A stretch of 61,599 bases of DNA, filler included. It is 4 parts of 4 records of this genome, joined end to end, with 100 filler letters (N's around TTAATTAATTAA, not from the genome) between each part and the next. Parts side by side here need not be neighbours in the genome. Positions count along the whole stretch, not along the records: positions 36,966 to 51,318 come from SRR2962707_1482; positions 51,419 to 61,599 come from SRR2962707_1483; 2 more parts are not named here. One strand, 5' to 3'. The notes beneath the pieces are model-generated. The model worked only from the letters and a program-made list of their open reading frames with translations, was not told the origin of the DNA and did no database searches. Shown in pieces: positions 39,901 to 52,787 of the stretch (the stretch's first letter is position 1; every line of letters starts with the position of its first letter). The position numbers were made by a program, and so were the translations under genes.

Positions 39901-42900
39901 ACAATCGAACCAAGCACAACAGCCTGATCTTCTTGTATTTTCAAATAATGTCCGTCAAAGCTTCGACTTAGCGACACTGGTTGTGGCAATAGTGGCCCGA
40001 AAGTCGCCGAAAACTCCAATGTTGTTTCGAGCGGGGCATTCTCGTCTTCACCATTTGGTTGGAAGGGCATTTCCTGGGCAACGGCAGTCACGCTTGTTGA
40101 GGTATTGAAGCAGTCCGTGCACGAAATGGCGACACTTTGCGAGCGTAACATACTCCCGATGTTTTTAACCGTGCCCGTAAAAACTGCACGCGCCCCATCA
40201 CCCTCGGACGTGATGTTGCTTGTCACGGCGACGCCTGGCACAAACGTGAGCATCAGAAATGCGTTACCGTCATCAATCTCCAATACAACATTCACCAAGG
40301 TTTCAACATTTCCAGCCTCATCTGCATCGGAAAGCTCCATCGCAGGCAACAGAAAATTTGCTGCGGACGACACTGTTTCCAAATTGACCGAACCATCTGC
40401 AAGGTGCTCAGTCACAAGAACAAGCAAAGGAGCATCTGCAATGGGACTTATCCAGATGTTTATGGTAGCTTCGAGCATCACAACCGAACCATCGGCTTCG
40501 CCATCGCCATCAACCACGACCTTGAGAGAGTCTGCTCCAAAGAAATGGCGCGCGGGGACATACAGAATTCGGCCAAGAACTTCATTGGCTTTCAACAGGG
40601 TTGATTGGAATCGCAGAGTGTTCGTCCCGTCATTGGCGACCGGCACTTGGTCTAGCCAGTCCACTTCGTCGCCCACAGCCCCAGTGTATTGCATGCGCCC
40701 ATTGGATACAGTCAGAGCCACGAGCACCAGCTGTGAACCATCAACACCCAGGATCGTCAGGGGTGGCAACTCTGAGGCCGTGTCTTCTTTGGTAGCAAAA
40801 GCAGTTGGGGCTATCAAACCTGTGAGCGCGGCGGGAAGGTCGATGAACACCGATAGTGTCTGCTGCACCGGAGGAATTATGGCAGACTGAGACGAAATCA
40901 TAACTGTCACTTGGTCAACACCACTGTTGCTCATACCCTCGACCATTGGAGCGTATACGATATCATGGATAGCATTGGCGCAATGTTCCCAGACACAATC
41001 AAACTGAATGCTTGCGCGGTCAGACATAAGCGCATGTAAACCCTTCGTGAGCTCGGTGGCAAGACTAACGCTACCGTTTGCTGCGACTACGGTCACGTGG
41101 TACAGTGAACCAATGCTTGACACATCGCTCACGTCGGACGACCACAACGAAAAATTTGAGGCAAACAATGCAAACGGCTCGATGCTTTGTAAAAAACGAT
41201 CCGAAGACAGTCCAACATCGAAAATGATCGCATCTTCAACTGCCTCAACAAAAAACTGCACAATGTCTGCAGCAACAAACTGCGGCTCATCACTGCTGCT
41301 ACCGGAGTATGCTGTAACAGTCGCTTCACAGATTCCATTCCAATCTTTTATGGGATGGAAAAGCAAAAGTGACAATGCATGGTTGACTTGGGCGAGTGAC
41401 CCAGACGCTGTTGTTGGAGACACAATCACACCAATATCGGCACTACTGGTTGCAAAAGTGAGCTCGCCACAACTGCATTCTAACTTCAGAGTGTACGCTG
41501 AAATTGTGCCAGTCCCATCCGTTTCTTCCGAAACACTACCAGTAGTGTCGACAAGGCGCGCGCCTTCAATAGTCATTTGCGAGTCTTCCACGAGGCTGTG
41601 GAGATGACCATGTGGAAAATCAAATGTAAACACTGATTCAACATTGAGCACAGTGACGGCCGTGGAGGCCTCAGCCACGAGTCCTCTGCTGTCTGTAACT
41701 GTCAGACTGACATTATCTCCACCTGCCCACTGTGCAGCAGGGATATACTGCAGGTACCCCAGAGCTCCATTCAATGCAGCAAGATATCCCTCAACTACAA
41801 TAGATGACGTGCTATTATTTGGCGATGAAATCACCACAGGAAGCTTGTCAGCAAATAAAAAGATCAGGCCACCACCACCGCGTCCACTTGACAGGCTCAC
41901 GGAAAACAAGTTTGCACCTGCGTCGGCGTCGTTGTCAACATCGCCAATTTGGAATCTATCAATTAAAACCGGCAAGTTTAGGGTTGTTGTGATGGATTGA
42001 GGAGCCGCAACAGTTGGGGCATCATTGATCGCGGCCACAATAACGGCAACTTCCGAGACACTCTGATCTGACATGGACTCAATGGCACCATTCGTGTACT
42101 CTACCTCGTGCACAGATGCCAGTATCGACACAACACCATTGAAATCTTGTGGAGGTTCCACAAACAGGTTGCTCAATACATCCGATGCATGTTGATATGC
42201 AAACGTGAAGTTGCAGACACGTTCACTGCTGTTGTAGCCGCGCAACATTTGGGCCACGACATCACCGGACACGGAAACTGTTCCAGCACTGGTTTCAATG
42301 GTGACAAAGTAGAGAGAATTTTTGGCAGCATCGAGATCAACAAGGGAGAAACGCAGTTGAACAGGGTGGTCTTCGTCCGAGTGAATGATGGCGTCCACAG
42401 CACTAATGACTGGTTGATCATTCGATGGAAAGACGAGGAACGAGACATCAGAGGAGCTCAACCGAGAAGTAGAATTGCCGGAAGCTCCAGTATTCCCACC
42501 ATCGTCAACCACAATCGATATAACTTCTTTCGGGGCGGACCCATTCAAAATGGTCTGAACTGACACTTGCGCCGTTGCACCGTTGAGGGTGTCAATTTGA
42601 GCCACAAGCAGTTCCTCAACATCGCCAAGGTGGCTGGGACTTCCCGGTCCTGGCAAAAAAGTTACATCCCAGTCATACCTGTGCTCATGAATTCCACCAC
42701 TGTCGGTGCGAGATACATCCACAGAGCCGATACCGTTAAGCGCTTCCAGTCCCAAGCGCATGGAGTCTGCTGAGCAGTCAAAAGGCAATGGGGATGTTTC
42801 TTCATCACCAAACATCACTTGGAAGGAGCCATCAAGGCGCCCGCCTCGTGTCGCGAAGCTTATCTCCATTGTTTCTGCATCTTGACTGGGATCGAGTGAA

Positions 42901-45900
42901 GTTGAGTCAGCGAGATGTGCTTGCGCCACCGAAACATCGATGTCTTCAAATACATCAAAAATTTGAACCTCCCACACAAAGCCGCCATTTCGCCCGTGCG
43001 GATTGCGAGCGACGACGATGGTTGCGTTCTGCAACGGTGGCAAGGCCGAGAGTGCACTTTGCACGGACGTTGTTGATTCATTCACAACAAGTGAAGCAGA
43101 CGCATTCCAGGCAAGATACTCCGTTTCGTATGATGCGTTGCCTACGGTGACCAGGAGAGAGAAATTTCCGCTATCAAGGACACAATTCAAGCATTGAGTC
43201 GTCACCGAAAAAATTGAGACAAATTCGGTAAAGCTCGCTGAAATGCGTTGCACTTCAGCGATAGTTGCATCGGCCACCCCATCGCCAGAATTCCAATTTG
43301 TTGCAGATACGTAATGTAATTGAGATAGTGCAGCATTCACTTGCAACAAACCGCCCTGGAACAAAAGGGACGGACTAAAGCCGTTACAAGAACTTCCACC
43401 GTCCGCAAGAAAATGAATACCCCTGCAGCTCGGGAGACGTACGGAGCCGTACTTTGCGGCAAGTTCCACAGCAATAAGACCTGTGCTATTTTCAGAAATA
43501 TCAACATCCCGAATTTCGACCACGGGAAGCACGATTTCCGTATCCTCAAAAACACTAACAAGCCTGTCGGTAACTTCATCCACGAAATTCCATTTCACTA
43601 ACACCGGTAGGTCGTTGACGGCAGTCACAACAATAGAGAGTTGTAGCGGTGTGTAGTCAACCTGCGACGACCAAGCCCGCACCTCAACGAAGTCTACAGC
43701 ACCTTGAAGTGAGTTGAAGTCTGCTGCGGGACGAAAAACTACCGCGCCTGCATCAAGAGCTTGGTTGAGGTCAGATGCAGTTCCTCGCAGAAGCAGCATA
43801 CTTTCGACATCTGTGGCTTCTGACACCATGGTGGGCGTACTCCAGTTCACAACAACAGCAGCAGTCGCATCCATGTTGACTTCGACGGTGCCGTGGGCAA
43901 CTTCGAAGGACAGTTGCAGGGGAACAGTATCATAATACGTGACAGATTCTGCGGATAGCTGCAGTGCGAGTGTGACGGGGGTGTCTTCGAGAGTCTCAAT
44001 TGATATCGCCAAGGAATCGGTATCAAAGTTGAGAAAAGTGGAGGGGGCGACATAAATAGGCACCGTTTTGACCACAGTACCACCGTCTCCGTCCGTAGCT
44101 GTAATGTCCAGTGCATCATCGCCAGAAAAGCCGGCCGCAGGTACGTATCGCACGTATGGGAGCAGCAAATTAAGCGCTGTGCTCGAGCCTGACAAAATCA
44201 TGGGATGGCCAGACGTCCCATTGCCACTCAGAAAAGAAAACATGAAAGTGTGCAGGGACGGCTTCAAGGTTGTGGTTTCCACCTGCAAAGTTCCCTGATC
44301 AACAGAAAGCTCCAACATGAGCTGACCGTTATAAATTTCAGTCACATCAACATCTGTTGTGCTGATATCCCGTAGTGAAACCCCCGGTGTTCCGACGATG
44401 GTATTGATAGTACTCGGGGTGTTCAAACTAGGTACATCGTTAATCCACTGCACTGACAATTGACATTCAGTTTCAGCACTGGCCCCTGACGTGAGATCCG
44501 TGACGCTGGCTTGCAGCAATTCAAGGTCTGCAGCAGCTTTCGCGGATCGACCGATCTGACTTTCTGTTGTCCACATCCCATTGAAGTCTGCAGCTCCCTG
44601 GTAGGTGATGTTTTGCAACACGGTCCGAACGTCTTCGAGAAGGCCTTGGATCTCAAGGCTGGTATCGTTGGTGTCATCGCCACTCAGAAACTTCACTGAC
44701 GCAGTCGCGGCGGGATTCGACGACAGCGACAGCGAGCCTTTGCGTGCGGACAAGGCTACAAGTACCATGCCTGACGTGTCGACATCACTTATGTCGACTG
44801 GGCCTACAGCAGTTAATTCATCTTCAATTGCCATAATTCCACTGCACGCCCCAAAAGCAATTGATGGAGGATCGTCAACAGGGTTGACGGCAACGACTAG
44901 CGAGCGCTCGATCAATGTTTGATCGTCGTTATCGGCAATCAAGGTCAAACCAAAGTCCACAACTACTTCACCATTAAAATTTGAGGATGGCGTAAAAACA
45001 AGCCTGCTTAGCACAGCTTCCACTGCAAGTGCCGAGCCAGAAACCTCGAAGAGCTTGCCATCGTTCTGAACTTCCACGACATTCGCAAGTGGCGATGCAC
45101 ATTTGACCGAGCCATTATCTTGGACAGCAACAGATGCCAGAACCAATGTCGAAACAATTTTTGCATTGGAGGCGGTCAGCTCATGAATCGGCACACCTGC
45201 GAGAGCAAGGGAAATGTTTTTACCAAAGTGGAGGGGGGTATCCTCATCCACCGTCAGTACAGCCGGAATACGGAGTTCTATTAACTTGCTTGATGTGGCG
45301 GAAACGTTCACGTTAATTGAGCGAGCTAAAATTTGCGTCCCCTCATTCGAAGACATGTGAACTTGGATCATATCACGACCAGTGAAACCAAATGCAGGAT
45401 AGTACACTATATTGCCTTCAGCCACAGCTGAGTTAATCAATGTTGTGTCCGACACAAATTGAACGGTTGACGATTTAGCTTCTGATTGCAGGAGAACTGC
45501 TTGCGAGTCAAGGATTTCCAATTCTCCATGCACAGCGCTCAACCGAAGAAACACTCGTGCCACGTCAGTAGGGTTCGTGGCGGCTATCTCCAGCATCTGA
45601 GGCAGGGGAGAGTAATCATTGGGGTTGGCTGGATTACTAGATACCGCGACATCTGCGACAAGTACTTTCGCTGCAAAACCGGGCATCGAAGTTGTTTGTG
45701 CGTGCAAAATTACATCAACGGATGAGACACCAACTGAGACTATGGCGGTGTTAACATCAAGGGGTGCTGATAAATTGGCGACAAGGAGAGTGCTTGATGA
45801 CGTGTTGGCGGCACCAATGACGTAGTAGAGCGATGCTAGGGCTTCAACCGCGAGCTCAAGGTTGCTCAAAAACATGATTTCGGGGCCTTCAACCCCAACT

Positions 45901-48900
45901 GCTGGTGGCGACAACAGCCCAACTTCGTTGTTGACGAACGTCAAGCCCTCAACAAACTCCAACCCCAACACTCCTGAATCTACGTGCAGAGCGACTTGTA
46001 CAACAATATCGTTGGTGGTCCCACTCACTGTCAGATTCAGACCACTGTCCACAAAAGGGTTTCCTGAAATGATGGTAGCGTCTCGAGCATTTGAGATCAA
46101 ATCAACGTGCCCACTCGGGGGTGAACACAAGAAAAATACTTGTGTCTGATACGAACTAGTGAAGCTGCTCGCTTCATCAACGTTAACGCTCAGCATCAAA
46201 GGATTTGTGCTAACAAAGGGCGCACCATCTTCCTCACAAGCAAACGTTCCAGCCCGCAAAGTCTCCCTAAGGTCGAGAGACAGCCCAGCCAGCACCACGC
46301 AACTAGTTCCAGATCCATTGTAGTGCCCGATCTGCACATCTGTTGCTCGTGTGAACTCGAGCATGCCACCGTTGACACAGAGTTCCATCTGAAGAACTTC
46401 ATCGCCTGAGTAGGCGAGCGTAAAAAAGTCTAACAGTGTTGGGTTGCCAAAAGTGCTGCTCACCAACGTGGTTGTTGGGATCAAAGCAAGTGCCACAGGA
46501 CTCTGCAGGACAGCGACCTCGAGTAGAAACGTCGCATGTGATGTAGTTCCAGCCTCAAAAGATAGATCAGCATCAAGAGCAGTGAGTACCACGGCCTCCT
46601 CGTTATTGCCTTCATGAGCTGCTTGGAAGTAGGTGAGTGTGGCTAATGCTGCATTGAGGTTCGCAATAGTACCGCGCAGAGCAATTGTACCAGATGCATC
46701 GTCTTGTGTTCGTCCTCCAGCAACAAGCTCAACTCCGAATGCACCAGGAATCCAAAGAATCCCACTGCCCGTGGCCGATGCATTCACAGAAAAAAGGGCA
46801 CTGGGGCTCATAGCTACATCAGCATCGTCGAGTGCGATGCCTGGCAAGACCGAAGCTTCACCAGCTACAACACTCGCCCGTGCAGGCCCAGTCAGTTGTG
46901 GAGTATCGTGCACAGGAGCCACAAATACTGTGAGTTCGCGGCTGTCGAGCTGCCTCCCGCTGTCATCGGAAAGAACCAGGGAAAGTACAGCAAAATCGCC
47001 CGCAGCGCTATTCCAGTCTTGAGGGGTCGTAAAAGAAAGAATTCCAGCTGCAAAATTCTGCCAACTTGCGACGGTGCAGCGAACAACCACTTCGTCAGAG
47101 TCCTGATAGACGAACTCAAACAAGTCGTCCGCACCCAGAGCTGCGGTCGAGTCAACCCTGAGACTCCCTACATTGCCACCAAAAGCCAATACCACCACGC
47201 TGTCTCCATGGGTGCTTGCTGCAGAGATATTTACGACCGTGCGAAGGTCAACGGAAACATCCTCTTGGATACTGAACGATGCCCCACCACTGAGCAGCTG
47301 CAGCGAAGGTGCCGAGTCGTCTGAGATGATAGAGAGTTTTGTGCTTGCAACAATTGTGTCGTTCTGATGACTTGTTGCTTCGAAGTAAAGCGTCACTGCG
47401 TTGTCCGATGGCACCAGCGACGGGGCCGAAAAGTATACATCTTCGAGCAAGCGGTTTACAACTGAACAGTGCGCGGTAACCTGAACAACACTGGAATTCG
47501 CTGATTGGTCATCGATTGCAATCGTGGATGACTTGGTTGACAACTGCAAAGTTCCAGAACTTGCAGTCATGCGCACTGTGACAAGTTGGAAAGCACTGTT
47601 GTCATTGATCGAGCTCTGGCAGCCTGTGACAGATACGACTTCATCAATAAAGATATCAGTACCTTGTAGGACTTCCATTGTCTGCACCAAAGTGACAAAA
47701 CTCATCGTCATAGTCGGATCAATCAATGTATTCACACGAATAGTGGCACTTCCGCTGAGCGGTCCTCCACTCCCAGAGGTACCTCTATCATTGAACAAGA
47801 AGTCAATTTGATCCGGGCTGTTTCTTGATAAGGACTCCTCGTTGAGATGAGGGACAAAGAACAAACTGTTCATTAGCAAAGCCTGCAGGGTTTCAAACGC
47901 GCCAGTGAAGCTCAGCAGAGACGAGTCCACTCCGGCAGATCCTACCGAAAAACTCAGCCCTGAAACTGTCTCTGGGATGAAAAGCGCCCCCTTCACACAG
48001 GCAACACTCAAAGAGCACACATCGGAGCTTGCCAACTCGACATCAGCCAAAATGACTGGTGGTACCAGCACGCGATCTGTTGAGGTCAACACGAGTTGGC
48101 GTGCACTAGGAGTCAGTGAAGGAGCATCGTTTACGGCTTCGACGGTAACGGGAATCACCGCCACGACTTCATGAGTATTCACATCGTTCGGTGCGAAATT
48201 GCCGAGGTCGTTTACAACCACAGCAATCTCTGCTGTACCCGACCAGTCACGTGGCGGCAAGAAGTGTAGTTGGCCCAGAACAATGTTGAGATGCTGTACT
48301 GTACCCTGTAAACCGATGACGTTCGATGTGTCATCAAACGAGCCTGCCAGCAAGCGGACTCCATCCAAAACGGCGCCCTTTCCAAAAGTAAGCATGCCAA
48401 CGGTGCTGGGTCCAGAAACACTCACGTTAACAGCAAGCGTAGTGGAATTTCCACAGTCCGGATCTGAAACACGCACTCCGTCTAATAGCACTGATGAGTC
48501 TTCGAAAAGAACCAAACTTTTGGGTACGGCCAGCGTCGGTGCGTCGTTTACGGCGTCTATTTTCACGGTCAGTTCCAGGCGCACACTGTTGCCCGACGAG
48601 GGATCCAAAACGTCATAAATCACCTCGCCAAACGTTGATGCCGTCTCGCACTGAGAGTTCAAAAAAGGGTACAAAACGATGCTGTTCAGCGCAATCTCCA
48701 CAACTGAAGGACTTCCGCGAAGTAAGACGGTTGTGCCACTGTCTGATGAGTTCTGAAGCGACGTCTTGGACAGAAAGTAAGAGTCAAAACCAACATCGAG
48801 GAATCCAAGTGAGGTTGCCACAGTTGCAGAAAGGTAGAGGTCTGTGTCGGTAGATTCGGACGGAATTGTCAGGGCAACTGAAGGGAGCTGAAATGGGCCC

Positions 48901-50894
48901 GTCTCGGTTGTGTGCAGGTTGTCAACACGAGCAACAGCAGCAATAGCCAATTCGGCAGTGGCTGATACAATGATTTCAATTCGGTGAGTTGACAACAGGG
49001 CATCCGGGCTTGCGGACAACGCAACTGAAAGCAAAAGGGCGAGGGGTGTGTCGGTTTCGTCAACCGATGCCGATGAAATCATCAGATCGGCGAGAGCTGT
49101 GGAGAGGGACAGCGCGGTCCCCTCCAGTTGGAGCATCGCCGTTGCATCGGTGGCCGATCGCCCCCCCTCGACAACGCGAGTCCCATAAAGGCTGCTCGTC
49201 CAAACAGCGAATTTTTGAAGAACGTCGCTATTATTAGAGTCAACACTGATGTGCACGACCAACAGAGTCGTTGTATCCGTTCGCGAAATGCTGAGCTGGA
49301 CGCCCTGCACGGGCGCCGTTTGCCCCGCAACAACTGTGACATTGAGAGGTCCAGACACATTAACGCTGGGGAACACTGCAACGTCGCTGGGTGCAGATTC
49401 TTCAGAATCAGAGCCAGCGACAAATGTAGCATTGGACTCAGGACGCCCATTGATGGCTCTAGCCACGAGTATCTCTGCTTCAGTGCTCATTGCCCCACCT
49501 GAGCCCGTGAACCCTTGGTCATTCACTTGAACACGAACCACGGTGCCGTTTGTGCACCCAATACTGTTTCCAGTAAAGGTCAGCGCCATAAGATATTCAT
49601 TTACACTTTCACTGGAAGACACGAACTGCACCCAGCTCAAACTTGAGCCTGCAACAGCTACACCAGGGTGGTTGCCCCGCTGGGGGACATCAACTGCCCC
49701 ATCACCGACAGATACATTCACCAGAAATATCCCATCAAAGGTCTTGTCAATATCTGCATCATCCACAACAACACCTGCCAAGCCGACAGAGCAATTGTCG
49801 TCGAATTGTAGAGGCTGCCATGGGTCAATGGATATTTGGGGAGCTGTGTTCAAGTGATGCGCACTTTCGGATGAAGCAATGTACACTTGTGTGGTCACGC
49901 TGTCCCGCAACACACCGCCTTCTCCAGAGTGACCTTGATCACTCACATTAACGGAAAATGTAGCTTGGCCAACCCATCCATCCTCTGGTTCAAAAACCAA
50001 GGACGTCAGTGCTGCATTTGCCGCATCAATTGGCGCCTCAAACTGAATGAGCGACCCTGTTGCGGAGGTACCGCCAACGTAGAAAAGACTGGAATCAGAA
50101 CTCAATGTCAATTGCCCTGAGGTCGACACGGCCAGAGAAACAAGTAGCAAACCGCCGCCAGTGTCAAAGTCAGGATCAATGATTTGAATACCGGCGATTG
50201 ACAACGCGGTGTCTTGAAGGCCGTACTGGGCACCGGGATTGGATATCACAGGAGCGACGTTGATTTTGGGCACAGGAGTGGGAGACACGTTCACAGTGAG
50301 CGTTGCGACAGTCTCCAGATTTCCACCGGAACCAGACCATCCCTGATCGTCGAGGGTCAAAGTGACAGAAGCTTGTCCAACAAAATTTTGCGTCGGAGAA
50401 AATATCATGCTCTGCACTGCAACGTTTGCAATTCGAAGCGCTGCGAGGAATTTGATTTCCGACAGGTAGCTATCGCCACCACCAGTTTCAAAAAAAGCAC
50501 CTGCCGTATCTTGAAGCATCACTAACCCACCTTGGCTAACAATATTGACAGTCACCATTCCATAGTCGCGCTGGACTTCGGCATCAGAAAGTTCAAGACC
50601 TGTACAAAATTTGACGCCACAGCGGTCAGTCTTTGCAGTGGGGACGAGAACGCCAGCAGCACACCGCGAACAAGGCCGTCGAAACAACGAACCTGTGCCA
50701 ATTTCAACCGCCTCACCCTCGAACGTTGATACCATTTCCGAAGGAAGGGCAATCCGAGGCGGGGTGTTGAGTTCCAAAGCCTGCACTTGGTGCAAGGGCC
50801 CAGAAGTCAACGCCAGACACAAAAGCAACGCGGCCATAACACACGGTGCTGCTGTTCGCGAGCTGCTGCACATCGCAGCATGGCCCGTGAACAT
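36966..50894 (-). CDS. Giant secreted repetitive protein (at least 4643 aa, 3' truncated) with cadherin/Ig-like adhesin repeats; probably eukaryotic
   Basis: One 13.9-kb open frame with an in-frame stop upstream (50973-50975); hydrophobic leader AALLLCLALTSGPLHQVQA; recurrent VNDAP, LN.AL..L.Y.P..NF.G and D.G..GSGG motifs. Confidence 0.88.
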
Positions 50895-51234
50895 AACTCC
50901 GCCGTCCCAACCAACGCACTGCACGAGTTGTTGTCCTCTACACCCTCCCCATCTCAGGTCATCGAAAGAAATTCAGGGGAGAAAAGTTCGCCAACAAAGC
51001 GAACTCCACGGACACACGAAACGAAGCAAAGTGAGTGAAACAGGAGCGAAGGACGGCCAAGAAAAGAATGCGCCAACCTCGCAGACAAGGAGACCCCTCG
51101 TCCACGACGATTTCTGGCAGAAGAAAACAAAGAAGAAAAAAGAAAAGAAAAAAAGAAGCTGAGCGAATGATAGAAATAGCGCTGCTCCCGACGAGCAAGC
51201 TTGTCGACTTCTATCGAACCGTGCTTAGTGAAAG

Positions 51235-51318
51235 TGGTGGTGTGGTGTGGTGTGGCGTCTGTGTGAGTGTATGTGTGTAAGTTTGGTCTGTGAGTGTGAG
51301 TGTGTGTGCGTGAGTGTG
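51235..51318. repeat. (GTGTG)n / (TG)n microsatellite-like tract
   Basis: GTGGTGTGGTGTGG..GTGTGAGTGTGTGTG running up to the contig end. Confidence 0.85.
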
Positions 51319-51418
51319 NNNNNNNNNNNNNNNNNNNNNNNNNNNNNNNNNNNNNNNNNNNNTTAATTAATTAANNNNNNNNNNNNNNNNNNNNNNNNNN
51401 NNNNNNNNNNNNNNNNNN
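51319..51418. other. Artificial contig linker
   Basis: 44 N + TTAATTAATTAA + 44 N. Confidence 0.99.
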
Positions 51419-51475
51419 TTCCAGTGTCAGCGTCTCTTCGCCCCACTGGATCGATTTTTTTGTCACGTTGAACAT
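51419..51475 (-). CDS. pnp: PNPase N-terminus (first 19 codons; not in ORF track)
   Basis: Manual translation MFNVTKKSIQWGEETLTLE; lies downstream of rpsO on the same strand. Confidence 0.85.
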
Positions 51476-51491
51476 TCAGCGTATCCTATAT

Positions 51492-51581
51492 GGGAATTTT
51501 CCCGGCCCTCCGGGGTTCCCGTTTTGCATGGCGGCCCCATTGCCGCCGACCCCGTCATCATTCCTCACGGGCGCCGGGGTC
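51492..51581 (-). promoter_or_regulatory. Structured pnp 5' leader
   Basis: Three consecutive stems: GACCCCG/CGGGGTC, GGCGGC/GCCGCC and GGGAA-CCCGG/CCGGG-TTCCC. Confidence 0.5.
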
Positions 51582-51723
51582 CTGGCGCACGTCTCATGAT
51601 GGCGTCCCCGTATACGAAAAACGCTCAATTGGAAAGCCCAGCCGCTAGGGCACTGCCAATAGACACATAATAAACGCCTGATTTCCGGCGACGGGCCCGC
51701 GTGGAACGGGTTAGACCTTGATC

Positions 51724-52773
51724 ATGACTGATTTGCTCTCCCAACCCGACCAATTGTATCAAGCGCTTTTGGACCGCGACCCATCCTATGATGGACGGGC
51801 CTTTGTTGGGGTCACGTCGACGGGCATTTTTTGTCGCCTGACATGCCCGGCCCGCAAACCTAAGCGCGAGAATTGCCTGTTTTTCGATAGCGTCGGCGAT
51901 TGTTTTTCAGCGGGTTTTCGACCCTGCAAGCGCTGCCACCCGATGAAGCCCGCCGCAGAAGCTGATCCTGTGATCGCTCAGTGCTTGGCGGCTTTTGTTG
52001 CGCGGCCAGATCATCGTTGGGGCGAACAAGACATTGTCCAAATGGGGCTTGATCTGTCGACGGTACGCCGGGCGTTTCAGCGTCATTTTGGCATGACGTT
52101 CTTGGAAATGGCGCGGCAGGATCGGCTTAGGCGAGGTTTCGAAACATTGGCCGCCGGAGACCGGGTGATCGACGCTCAGATCGACGCAGGGTATGAGTCG
52201 CCTTCTGCTTTTCGCGATGCTTTTGCCCGATTGCTGGGCGTAGTTCCTGCTGAAATGCCGCGCGATTCGTTGCTGCGCGCTGATTGGATCACAACACCTT
52301 TGGGCTCGATGATTGTCGTAGCGGATCGGTCTGCCGTGCATTTGCTGGAATTTGTTGACCGAAAAGCCTTACCGACGGAACTAGCCAAGTTACGCAAGGC
52401 CGCGCGCGGCGCTATTGGCGTCGGTCGATTTGAAACGCATGACAAAGTAGACGCTTGGCTATCTGCCTATTTCGAGCGGGCCGGGGTTTTACCTGACTTG
52501 CCGCTAGTCCTGCACGGCACTGATTTCACCAAATCTGTGTGGCGGGCCTTGCAAGCTATCCCGCGGGGGAAAACGGTGAGTTACAGCATTTTGGCAAACC
52601 AGTTGGGGCGACCATCAGCTGCACGTGCAGTGGCTCGGGCAAATGGGGCCAATCAGATCGCGCTTGTCATTCCCTGCCACCGCGTGATCGGTGCTGATGG
52701 CGCGTTGACGGGGTATGGGGGCGGGCTTTGGCGAAAACAGGCGTTGATCGAGTTGGAACGAGACAAGTCATAA
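51724..52773 (+). CDS. ada: Ada: Zn-binding/AraC activator fused to O6-methylguanine-DNA methyltransferase
   Basis: GIFCRLTC, GFRPCKRC, AraC HTH (AGYESPSAF) and active site IPCHRV. Confidence 0.95.
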   Translation: MTDLLSQPDQLYQALLDRDPSYDGRAFVGVTSTGIFCRLTCPARKPKRENCLFFDSVGDCFSAGFRPCKRCHPMKPAAEADPVIAQCLAAFVARPDHRWGEQDIVQMGLDLSTVRRAFQRHFGMTFLEMARQDRLRRGFETLAAGDRVIDAQIDAGYESPSAFRDAFARLLGVVPAEMPRDSLLRADWITTPLGSMIVVADRSAVHLLEFVDRKALPTELAKLRKAARGAIGVGRFETHDKVDAWLSAYFERAGVLPDLPLVLHGTDFTKSVWRALQAIPRGKTVSYSILANQLGRPSAARAVARANGANQIALVIPCHRVIGADGALTGYGGGLWRKQALIELERDKS

Positions 52774-52787
52774 CCAACGGTGGGCTC

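Noticed and set aside
36966-50924. Giant ORF as a type I-secreted adhesin of the neighbouring alphaproteobacteria
   Set aside because: Separate contig with different composition, a Sec-type leader, an upstream microsatellite, and no RBS or RTX repeats in the visible part; the C-terminus is missing, so this is not fully excluded.
50611-51280. Lys-rich plus-strand ORFs upstream of the giant gene
   Set aside because: Products of low-complexity A-rich and TG-rich DNA; no coding evidence.
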